DNA from: Nanobdellati archaeon
GTDB taxonomy: Archaea; EX4484-52; GLR71
Reading direction: 5' to 3'
Assembly: GCA_019429005.1 (NCBI GenBank)
Contig: JAHYJR010000001.1
Location: 104,663-168,662 of the forward strand
Length of the DNA: 64,000 nt
The notes under the pieces were generated by a model, which saw nothing but the letters and a program-made list of their open reading frames with translations, was not told the DNA's origin and did not search any database. Of this stretch, positions 1 through 8,629 are shown one piece after another. The stretch's first letter is position 1; each line of letters opens with the position of its first letter. The translations under genes were made by a program, and so were the position numbers.

Positions 1-1279
1 CTGCAAGAACACAAATCTCATCATTAACAGTACCATCTATAAGAACTGCGAAGGGTTCTTCAACTTGTTTTAATGCAACACTTAATCCTTTTAATGGTAC
101 ACGTCCAGCAAAAACCTTATTTTTACCAAAAATGCTTATAGCTTTAGAACCAACTAAATCTTCAAGCTGTTTTTTGAAAAATATTTTCATATCATTATCC
201 AAATCACTTTTTTGAGATGTTGGTGTAAATGATGTTCTTGGCTGGCTTTTCTTATGGTCTAAAGATGAAACAGGGGTTTTTGTTAAATAAGTGTTTTTTG
301 TTACTTTAACAGTCGTCTTATATTGTTTATTCACTGGTTCAGTCGTCTTATATTGTTTATTCACTGGTTCAGTCGTCTTATATTGTTTATTCACTGGTTC
401 AGTACGATTATTATACTCTTTTTTCTTCTCATAAGATGACGCCTCATAACTTTTCAAAGATCTTATATCTCTCGCTTTATCTAATGTTACTTTTTCTCGT
501 AAAGCTTTATGAATTTCTTTACAACTAAGTTCTTCAACTTCTTTACCTTCAGGTGCTCTTGCGATAAAATCAACTTCAGCAATCTGCTTTAATTCTTTAA
601 TAATTATATCGCCACCACGATCCCCATCAAGAAATGCTGTAACTTCTTTTTCTTTTGAAATCTGTGTTATCTGTGGTGCAATTGCAGTACCGCCAATAGC
701 AATACCATTACGTATACCACATTTCAAAAGTTTAAGTACGTCTGCACGACCTTCACAAAGAATTACTGATTCTGAAAGTGCAACATCTGGACCTGCTGGA
801 AGTGTTTTATATTTTGTTATTTCTTGTGACCTTACACTTTCCTTAAGATCTTCACTGATTACCATTATTTCTGGTATATCTGATATAATATTTGCTAATA
901 TAGCTCTTGCACGTTTTACAATATAATCTCTTTTCAAATATCTCATATCTTTTACAGAATCAATCCTCATTTTAGCATCACAAGGACCTATTCGTTCTAT
1001 AGTCTCAATTGTTGCTGCTATTAAAGCAGTTTCTGCACTATCTAAACTTGAAGGAATATCAATATCACCTTTTGATTTTGCTTTTAAAGAGATTATATTG
1101 ACTTCAATCCTTCCAATTCTTCCAGTCCTTTGAAGTTCCCTTAAATCGAGTTCTGCCCCTAAAAGACCTTCTGTCTGACCAAATAATGCACCGATAACAT
1201 CCGGTTTTTCTACAATACCTTCAGCCTCGAATTTAACATTTATAACATATTTTACTGATGTTTGAGCTAATTTTCCCAT
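1..1279 (-). CDS. dnaG: Archaeal DnaG-type primase/exosome-associated protein; 3' end runs off the window
   Basis: Hand translation from ATG at 1279: MGKLAQTSVKYVINVKFEAEGIVEKPDVIGALFGQTEGLLGAELDLRELQRTGRIGRI..., with TOPRIM motifs CEGRADV and AFLDGDRGG. Missing from the ORF track because it is truncated. Confidence 0.93.
   Translation of the reverse strand, partial: MGKLAQTSVKYVINVKFEAEGIVEKPDVIGALFGQTEGLLGAELDLRELQRTGRIGRIEVNIISLKAKSKGDIDIPSSLDSAETALIAATIETIERIGPCDAKMRIDSVKDMRYLKRDYIVKRARAILANIISDIPEIMVISEDLKESVRSQEITKYKTLPAGPDVALSESVILCEGRADVLKLLKCGIRNGIAIGGTAIAPQITQISKEKEVTAFLDGDRGGDIIIKELKQIAEVDFIARAPEGKEVEELSCKEIHKALREKVTLDKARDIRSLKSYEASSYEKKKEYNNRTEPVNKQYKTTEPVNKQYKTTEPVNKQYKTTVKVTKNTYLTKTPVSSLDHKKSQPRTSFTPTSQKSDLDNDMKIFFKKQLEDLVGSKAISIFGKNKVFAGRVPLKGLSVALKQVEEPFAVLIDGTVNDEICVLA
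310..403. repeat. 30-bp perfect tandem repeat x3 inside dnaG (TEPVNKQYKT x3)
   Basis: AGTCGTCTTATATTGTTTATTCACTGGTTC occurs three times in tandem. Confidence 0.95.
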
Positions 1280-1501
1280 AATTTATTCACCTATATTTTT
1301 CACGTTTTTCAGCAAACATATACAAGAAAATAATAAATAATAACAAAAAAGAAGAGTATACAATCAATTAAACAAACTAAAAATAAATGTTTCTATATAA
1401 AAATATTAATATTAATCTTATAAAATCGTACTCAATTGAATAAAATCATACCTTTCTTATATATCACCAATTTATTTGAAATTAATTATTGAATGTAAAT
1501 A

Positions 1502-1771
1502 TTATTGATAAACTTGCTTAAATGCAAATTTAACTTCTTCTAAAGTTGAATTATCTATTTTAATTTTTTTTTTCTTGCTTTTATAACCTGATATTATTTT
1601 AACAGGTTTTTTTAATATTTTGCTGAATTGCTTAATTATTTCTTTATTTACTTTATTTTTTTCTGGAATTTCTGTCACAAATACCTTAAATATATCATTT
1701 TCAAATTGTATTATAAATTTATTGCTATAAAGCTTAATATTTATTTCGATAATACAGCTTTTATTTAACAT
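1502..1771 (-). CDS. DUF167 (YggU/UPF0235) family protein
   Basis: 89 aa with KVFVTEIPEKNKVNKEII...VKIISGYKSKKKKIKI, matching the DUF167 pattern. Confidence 0.75.
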   Translation of the reverse strand: MLNKSCIIEINIKLYSNKFIIQFENDIFKVFVTEIPEKNKVNKEIIKQFSKILKKPVKIISGYKSKKKKIKIDNSTLEEVKFAFKQVYQ

Positions 1772-1794
1772 AATAAATCATTTATTAATAAAAA

Positions 1795-1915
1795 TGTAGC
1801 CCACTTGTAACACAAGATATCATCATATCAATCTTGCTGACGAAAGCGGGCTTATAATGTATTAGGATGTCCTTATAATCATTGAAATTCTCAAAAAGGG
1901 ACCCATTAATACTAC
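1795..1915 (-). ncRNA. Box H/ACA guide sRNA: one clear hairpin (1795-1852) and a second, imperfect hairpin (1858-1915)
   Basis: Minus strand: lower stem AGCCCGCUU/AAGUGGGCU, pocket UCGUCA/GUUAC, upper stem GCAAGAU/AUCUUGU, K-loop UGA..AUGAU, then ACA and a U-tract. TATA-like TTTATAAA at 1936-1943. Confidence 0.8.
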
Positions 1916-2027
1916 ATATTATTATAACAAGTAGTTTTATAAATATTTGTATTACGCTACTACTTAAAAAAAGGAACATAAATGTAAAATCACAAAGATT
2001 TAAAGCACAAAAACACAATACCTAAAT

Positions 2028-2351
2028 ATGTATAAGAAAGGATATGCTTTTGAAAGGCTATTAAAACTTGAGCTTGAAGCTGACGGCTGGAAAGTTATAA
2101 GATCTGGCGGAAGTAAAAAACCAGATATGATTGCTGGAAAGAATGGTAAAATCATAATTATAGAATGTAAATCATCAAAAAATAGTAAAGTTTACATAGA
2201 TAAGGATGAATTTGATAATATACAAGTCGTTGCGAAAGCTTTCAATGCTGAATGCATATTTGCAATAAGACAAGATAGAAAAAAATGGGTTATGGTATCT
2301 TTAGACCAATTAAAAGAAAATGATAAGAGTTATGTGATTAATCTTGAATAG
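2028..2351 (+). CDS. hjc: Holliday junction resolvase Hjc
   Basis: KGYAFER...VIRSGGS..PDMIAG...IIIECK: PD-(D/E)xK archaeal Hjc signature. Confidence 0.85.
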   Translation: MYKKGYAFERLLKLELEADGWKVIRSGGSKKPDMIAGKNGKIIIIECKSSKNSKVYIDKDEFDNIQVVAKAFNAECIFAIRQDRKKWVMVSLDQLKENDKSYVINLE

Positions 2352-3116
2352 GTGAAAAATATAGAAATAACAATTCTTGGTACAGGATCTCCTGAAGGTA
2401 TGCCTATAATGACTTGTGACTGTAAATGGTGTGAAACATCAAAAGAACGTCTTAGACCTTCTATTCTTATAAAACATAATAAACATAACATAATTTTTGA
2501 TGCAAGTCCTGATATAAGACATCAAATTATAAGAAATAAAATAAAAAATATTACTGCAATTTTTCTTACACATTATCATTTTGATCACTTTTGGGGTATA
2601 TATGATTTAGATCAATTAAATTGGGTTAATTTAAACAATTTTATAATATATCTTAATCAAGACACAGATAAACATCTAAAAAATATATCTTGGCTTAAAT
2701 TTAACACAAAAATACAAAATTTCAATGAAATTATCAAAATAAATGGATTAAATATTGAATCAATAAAAATCAAACATACATCATACCTTCAAAAATCAGG
2801 TTATATAATCAAAGAAGGTAATAAAAAAGTTGTATATATACCAGATATAGAAAATATTGAAAATAATGAATTAAATAAATGTAAAGATGCAGACATACTA
2901 ATCATAGATGGGCAATATATATTTGGAAAATATATAACAGACAATGATCACCTTGGAGGAATTGAATTAATAAATATAATAAACAAATTTGAAGCGAAAA
3001 AAGTATACCTTATAGGTTTTTCAGAACATTGGTATAAAATATCTCAAAAAGATGCAAACAAAAAACTTCAAGATAATATTAATATAGTATCAGATCAAAC
3101 AATATTAAAATTATAA
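2352..3116 (+). CDS. Metallo-beta-lactamase fold hydrolase (PhnP-like)
   Basis: LGTGSPEGMP..CDCKWC, DASPD and THYHFDH motifs. Confidence 0.85.
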   Translation: MKNIEITILGTGSPEGMPIMTCDCKWCETSKERLRPSILIKHNKHNIIFDASPDIRHQIIRNKIKNITAIFLTHYHFDHFWGIYDLDQLNWVNLNNFIIYLNQDTDKHLKNISWLKFNTKIQNFNEIIKINGLNIESIKIKHTSYLQKSGYIIKEGNKKVVYIPDIENIENNELNKCKDADILIIDGQYIFGKYITDNDHLGGIELINIINKFEAKKVYLIGFSEHWYKISQKDANKKLQDNINIVSDQTILKL

Positions 3117-3178
3117 TATAAACTAATTTTAAAAAAATAATGATAATACTAATAATAAATATAAAATTATTATAAAAA

Positions 3179-4396
3179 TCAAATCAAAAATTCCTCTTTA
3201 AGAAATGTTCTAATTTTTACAACAACTGAATCCGATACAGACATATTTAATACTCTTGTTCTTCCATGTCTTCCACGTGATATTACTTTTGTTTCAATTA
3301 TACTTAACATTTCAAGTTCGCTAATAAGATCAGATACACGCCTTGTTGTAAGTGGTTTAAGCCCAACAGATTTGCATAAATTATCATAATAACTAAAAAC
3401 ATCTCCAGTATAAATATATGGTTTACCTTCTTTTTCAAGAAGTTTTATTATACTATATAATACAACCTTTGACTGTTTTGGCTGAACTTTTACAGCTTCC
3501 ATTATATAATCAAGATTAATTTTAGATTGTGCAAAATCAACATGCTTTTCATCAACATAAAAATCTTGATCTCTTTCAGCAATTTCACCTGAAACTCTTA
3601 AAAGATTCAATGCACGTCTTGCATCACCATGTTCTTGAGCTGCAAGAGCTGCACATTTAGCTATTACACCATCACGTAAAATACCTTCACAAAATGCAAC
3701 TTTTGCCCTATCTGAAAGAATATTTTTAAGTTGTGTAGCATTATATGGTGAAAAAACAAGTTCTTCATCACAAAGAGAACTTTTTACTCTTGAATCAAGT
3801 TTTTCTGTAAATGTAAGATTATTTGATATACCAACTATTACAATATTACCTTCGTTATATTGATTCATTCTTGTAAGATTATACAAAAATTCATCTCCAA
3901 TTTTATCAACTAATGCATCAATTTCATCAAGAGTTAATATAATAATTTCCTTATGATTTTTTAGTGTATCAAAAAATATTTTATATATAGATTCTGTTGG
4001 AAGCCCTGTTGGTGGAACATGAACATCAAATAAGCTTAATATATAAGCAAGAAGTCTATATTCAGTATCAGCTACACGTTTCATCTTACAATTAACATAA
4101 AGTGTAGTAATCTCAACATTATTCAAATTAGCTATTTTTTTTAATTGATCTATAACATGTTTTGTCACAAGAGTCTTACCAGTACCAGTGATACCATAAA
4201 TAAAAACATTTGAAGGTTTATTATTTTTTAAAATTGGTGCAAGAACAGAACCAAGCTGTTTCATTTGTTCTTCTCTATATGAAACATTTTCAGGAGTATA
4301 ATTTAAACTTAAAGCATCTTTTTTTAAAAAAATATTTTTTGAATTAATATATTCTGTAAACAAGTTCTCAAGAGTTTGTTGAACCAAATTTATCAC
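3179..4396 (-). CDS. cdc6: Orc1/Cdc6 replication initiator
   Basis: Walker A GITGTGKT, Walker B LDEID, GDARRAL, and C-terminal winged helix SRGRHGRT. Confidence 0.97.
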   Translation of the reverse strand: MINLVQQTLENLFTEYINSKNIFLKKDALSLNYTPENVSYREEQMKQLGSVLAPILKNNKPSNVFIYGITGTGKTLVTKHVIDQLKKIANLNNVEITTLYVNCKMKRVADTEYRLLAYILSLFDVHVPPTGLPTESIYKIFFDTLKNHKEIIILTLDEIDALVDKIGDEFLYNLTRMNQYNEGNIVIVGISNNLTFTEKLDSRVKSSLCDEELVFSPYNATQLKNILSDRAKVAFCEGILRDGVIAKCAALAAQEHGDARRALNLLRVSGEIAERDQDFYVDEKHVDFAQSKINLDYIMEAVKVQPKQSKVVLYSIIKLLEKEGKPYIYTGDVFSYYDNLCKSVGLKPLTTRRVSDLISELEMLSIIETKVISRGRHGRTRVLNMSVSDSVVVKIRTFLKEEFLI

Positions 4397-4426
4397 GTCA
4401 AAAATTTACTATTTTTATTGCTATAG

Positions 4427-4673
4427 TTCTATAGGAAATGAAGGTTTATATACATATCGCAAAAAATTATAAAAATTACACCCACACCCCTAGATTTCCT
4501 GTCGAATTATATATTAATACTAATATTACAATTAAATATAACAGTGTTATATATGTTATATATTACAATATATTATAATAATTAAATAAAAAATCAATAT
4601 AATTAATATAATAACCTTTTTAACCCAATTAATAGATTTTTGTTTAATAAAACTCCATAAGAAACTAAAGGGT
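4427..4673. promoter_or_regulatory. cdc6-adjacent candidate replication origin with three ORB-like boxes
   Basis: TTCTATAGGAAATGAAGGTTT (4427-4447, +), TTCGACAGGAAATCTAGGGGT (4486-4506, -) and CTCCATAAGAAACTAAAGGGT (4653-4673, +) in very AT-rich DNA. They resemble the archaeal ORB pattern TCCA..GAAA...GGGGT. Confidence 0.75.
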
Positions 4674-4839
4674 GAGGGTGTTATTATTAATATTATATAA
4701 TTCAAAAATCATAATCGTCTATGTATTAAATTATTTATTTATTATATAGTTTTTTGAAAAATAATTATTAAAAAATATTATATTTTTTATAAAAAATAAT
4801 AATTTATAATTTTTAAATTATTTTTAATATTTAAATCAC

Positions 4840-4980
4840 TTATAATCTTTATTTATAATAAATTTATAATCTTTATTTATAATAAATTTATAATCTTTAT
4901 TTATAATAAATTTATAATCTTTATTTATAATAAATTTATAATCTTTATTTATAATAAATTTATAATCTTTATTTATAATA
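4840..4980. repeat. 24-bp perfect tandem repeat, about 6 copies
   Basis: Unit TTATAATCTTTATTTATAATAAAT; the single C recurs at 4847, 4871, 4895, 4919, 4943 and 4967. Confidence 0.95.
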
Positions 4981-5689
4981 TTTTTTTTAATTTTAGTATA
5001 AGTGTATCTATATTTTTGATCTGTGTTATAATTATAGGTATATTTTCCATTTCAGCTATTTTTTTTGCTAACTTATCAAGTTTTTCCATATTATGTAAAA
5101 CAACAACTCCTGGTTTAAGATTAGTAACTTTCATTGCAATTAACGAGCTTCTTCCACTTTTTACACCTGTAAATATCATAGCACGTTCTGTTGTTAGACC
5201 ATAAAGTCTTATCAATTCAGATGGTGAAAGACCAACTATAGCTTTAATTGAATCAATTATAGTGTAACCATATATTTTCTTATTAATATTATCTTTACCA
5301 ACAATAATTTTACCATCTATAGTATCTATAAATTCTTTTAATGTTACAGGTCTAGGTATTTCTTTTATATCAATTATAGCATCATTTAATATATTTTTTG
5401 AATGTAGGCTTGTAAACTCATTTATTATAAGACTACCATTTTTTTCATCAATTTTAATTAAAGCATTTACAATTTTTTTAATCATTTCAATACCTGGACT
5501 TTTTCTTCTTCCACTTTCATAATCAGATATAACTGAAGGCATTACTTTCATTTCAGCAGCAAGATTTCTTTGTGATACTCTAAACATATTTCTCCATTTT
5601 TTAATTGTATTATTAGGTTTATCAGAAATTACAATTTCACCCGCCATGTTTTTTGATAACTGATCCTTTGATACATCTTGTTCATTCAT
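4973..5689 (-). CDS. Archaeal Xre-type HTH regulator with C-terminal DRTGG-like domain (COG1709-like)
   Basis: MAGEIVISD...KWRNMFRVSQRNLA...SVISDYESGRRKSPG, plus YGLTTERAMIFTGVKSGRS. Confidence 0.85.
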   Translation of the reverse strand: MNEQDVSKDQLSKNMAGEIVISDKPNNTIKKWRNMFRVSQRNLAAEMKVMPSVISDYESGRRKSPGIEMIKKIVNALIKIDEKNGSLIINEFTSLHSKNILNDAIIDIKEIPRPVTLKEFIDTIDGKIIVGKDNINKKIYGYTIIDSIKAIVGLSPSELIRLYGLTTERAMIFTGVKSGRSSLIAMKVTNLKPGVVVLHNMEKLDKLAKKIAEMENIPIIITQIKNIDTLILKLKKIL

Positions 5690-6006
5690 ATTTTATCACA
5701 ACATAATTTTAATATATAATTAATTTTAGCATATAATTAATTTTAGCATATAATACAAATTTTATTATATATAATTTTAATTTTATTAAATATTACTTTG
5801 ATATGTATTTTTATATTATTTACATTTTTTGACGACTATTAAATCGTCATAATATATTATTGTAATTTTAAAATATATTGTTAAAATATATTGTTAAAAT
5901 CTATAAAGTTATAATTTATAAAATATTTTAAAATTTTAGTAAAATATAAAACACTTTAAATTTTTAGTTTAATCAACATATTAAACAATTTAGTTTAATC
6001 AACATA

Positions 6007-6951
6007 TTAAACAATATAGAGTAAGTTCTGCAAAAGATATAAAATATATATAAAATACATTAAAATATATAAAACACCTTCAGAACGCGTAATATTTTTT
6101 TTCCATAAACCTATCATAAAGAACATTGATATTATAAATAAGAAAATCAAATCAATTCTAATTGATTGAAAATCAATAACAAGTGGATTTATAATTGCAG
6201 CAATACCAAGAACCCCAATTATATTGAATATATTTGTTCCAATAATATTTCCTATAGCTATTCCAAATTTACCCTTTTTTGCTGCAGCAATACTTACAGC
6301 AATTTCAGGCATACCAGTACCAGCTGCAATAATTATAGCACTTATTGTCCATTCAGATATTGACAACATTTGTGCTATATTTATGGTTGAATTAAGAAGC
6401 ATCTTACTACTTATAAACACAAAAAATAGTGTAATTATTATTATTGTTACTTCTTTTGTTTTTGATATTTCATTATTTTTTTCAACATGATTGTTTTCGA
6501 TATCATATTTAATCGTATATAATGTGTATAATACAAGAGCTAATACCATAATAATTCCAGTCAATCTATTAATTCCACCCGTTAACATAATTAGATATAA
6601 AAAAATTACAGATAATATCATAATTATACTATCTCGTTTTATAATTTTCCAGCGTTTTACAAAAAGAGGTGAGATTATAGCCGCAAGACCCATAATTATA
6701 GTTATATTAAATATATTTGATCCTACAATATCACCCATAGCTACTGCGCTATAATTATTAAATGAAGCAACTGAACTTACAACAAGTTCTGGTAATGAAG
6801 TTCCATAAGCAATCAAAGTAAGTCCTATTACTGTTCCAGAAAGACCCACAGCAGATGCAAATCTTGTCGCAGAATCTATAAGCTTACTTGATGATACAAC
6901 CAATATTGCAATACTTATAATAAGAATTATAATTTGAACATAAAGAAGCAT
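6007..6951 (-). CDS. Ca2+/Na+ antiporter (CaCA/YrbG family)
   Basis: Two alpha repeats, GTSLPE...GSNIFN and GTGMPE...GTNIFN; multi-pass hydrophobic protein. Confidence 0.93.
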   Translation of the reverse strand: MLLYVQIIILIISIAILVVSSSKLIDSATRFASAVGLSGTVIGLTLIAYGTSLPELVVSSVASFNNYSAVAMGDIVGSNIFNITIIMGLAAIISPLFVKRWKIIKRDSIIMILSVIFLYLIMLTGGINRLTGIIMVLALVLYTLYTIKYDIENNHVEKNNEISKTKEVTIIIITLFFVFISSKMLLNSTINIAQMLSISEWTISAIIIAAGTGMPEIAVSIAAAKKGKFGIAIGNIIGTNIFNIIGVLGIAAIINPLVIDFQSIRIDLIFLFIISMFFMIGLWKKNITRSEGVLYILMYFIYILYLLQNLLYIV

Positions 6952-6967
6952 ACATATGTTTGATTTT

Positions 6968-7120
6968 GATATTTTATATAAATTGATATTTTATATAAAC
7001 TGATATTTTATATAAACTAATATTTTATATAAACTAATATTTTATATAAACTGATATTTTATATAAACTGATATTTTATATAAACTAATATTTTATATAA
7101 ACTGATATTTTATATAAATT
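6968..7120. repeat. 17-bp tandem repeat x9 containing palindromic TTTATATAAA
   Basis: Unit RATATTTTATATAAAYT starting at 6968, 6985, ... 7104; fills the divergent intergenic region. Confidence 0.95.
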
Positions 7121-7139
7121 ATTAACTATTAATATAATT

Positions 7140-8483
7140 ATGGTTATAAATACTGACCTTCATTCTCATTCAGGTTATGCAGGTGGTGTTGGGACAATAT
7201 CACTTGAAAACATTGAAAAGACAATGACCTTAAAAGGTATAGATATATTTGGAACGGGTGATTGTCTTCATCCTAAATGGAATAAGCATCTTAAAAATAT
7301 TCTAATCGAAAAAGAAAATGGTCTTTTTTCATTGAAAAATAGTGAAACTGATAAGCGATTTCTTTTACAAACTGAAATAATAATAACTGTAGATATCAAA
7401 AATGCACGAAAAATAGTACACACCCTTATCTTTTTCCCATCATTTGAATGTGTTGATAAGGTTACAAAATGTCTTGAATCTTATGGTATGAAAAACACTG
7501 TAGGAAGACCTTTTCTTAAATGTAACAACAATATTGATGTTTCAAATAAATTAGAAAAAATATTGAATTTAGACGATTTAATTGAAATTGTTCCAGCACA
7601 TATTATGACACCTCAAGGTGTATTTGGTTCAAACAACCCAGTTTATTCAATGAAAGAATTTTACGGAAATGTTTCTGATAGGTTTAAAGCAGTAGAAACA
7701 GGTTTAAGTGCAGATCCAAACATTTTAAATATGATACCCGAGCTTGACAATATATCATTAATATCTAATAGTGATACGCATTCAGCTGCATTGAATCGTG
7801 TCGGACGTGAATTTACATCTTTTGATATTAATAAACCAAGCTATGATTCTATAATAAATTGTATTAGAAATAGAAAAATATTGAAGACGGCAGAATTTAA
7901 TCCAGAAGAAGGAAAATTTTTTCTGACAGGACACAGGGCAGGAAAAAAAGATCATAATGATTCATATTGCGTTTTTTCACCTAAAAACACACCCCCGACA
8001 AAGATATGCCCAATCTGTAATAAATCACTTACAATAGGGGTTCTTGAACAGGTAAAGAAAATATTTGATATGCAGATAAAAAATATAAATCCCGAAGACC
8101 GAACACAATTAAAGCGAGACTTTGTGAGTACGGTTCCCTTGATAGAAATAATTGCATACACGCTCGGTATAAAGACCGTATTATCACCCAAAATTAATAG
8201 TATATATCGTGACATTATAAAAACGATAGGCGACGAAAGCAAATTGTGGTTTAATTCTAAAAGTGACATTCAAAAGAGACTTTCAGGCGTAGTTGATGAT
8301 ATTTTGATTTCAAACATAATACAAGTTAAAGATGGTTGTTTTGGTTTTAGTCCACCCGGTTTTGATGGTACTTATGGCGATCTTGTAATAGGTAAAAAGA
8401 TTGATTTTAACAATATAAATACAATATTTTGTAATCCAAATCAAACAGTTAATATCGAAAATAATCAAAAAAAACTTTATTAA
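7140..8483 (+). CDS. endoQ: Endonuclease Q family (PHP domain plus Zn finger)
   Basis: DLHSHS, GTGDCLHP, PAHIMTP, ETGLSAD, SNSDTHS..GRE, CPIC...GV and PGFDGTYG. Confidence 0.88.
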   Translation: MVINTDLHSHSGYAGGVGTISLENIEKTMTLKGIDIFGTGDCLHPKWNKHLKNILIEKENGLFSLKNSETDKRFLLQTEIIITVDIKNARKIVHTLIFFPSFECVDKVTKCLESYGMKNTVGRPFLKCNNNIDVSNKLEKILNLDDLIEIVPAHIMTPQGVFGSNNPVYSMKEFYGNVSDRFKAVETGLSADPNILNMIPELDNISLISNSDTHSAALNRVGREFTSFDINKPSYDSIINCIRNRKILKTAEFNPEEGKFFLTGHRAGKKDHNDSYCVFSPKNTPPTKICPICNKSLTIGVLEQVKKIFDMQIKNINPEDRTQLKRDFVSTVPLIEIIAYTLGIKTVLSPKINSIYRDIIKTIGDESKLWFNSKSDIQKRLSGVVDDILISNIIQVKDGCFGFSPPGFDGTYGDLVIGKKIDFNNINTIFCNPNQTVNIENNQKKLY

Positions 8484-8629
8484 TAAAGCATTTTTTATAT
8501 AAGGCTTTAATTACAGAAAATATTGATTTTTGAGTAATTTTAAAGAGTATTTTTTTTGTTAAATTTAAATTTTGCTTTAAATCTAACATTAAACTCTACA
8601 AATAAAAAGTTTAAATCTAAGATAATATT

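Noticed and set aside
1836-1856. Hammerhead ribozyme core (CTGACGA) on the plus strand
   Set aside because: No correctly placed GAAA or closing stems; the sequence is the complement of the H/ACA pocket.
1785-2018. 77-aa minus-strand ORF
   Set aside because: No recognisable protein features; it overlaps a structured H/ACA RNA and its promoter, which explain the region better.
4840-7120. CRISPR interpretation of the 24-bp and 17-bp arrays
   Set aside because: Head-to-tail repeats without unique spacers.
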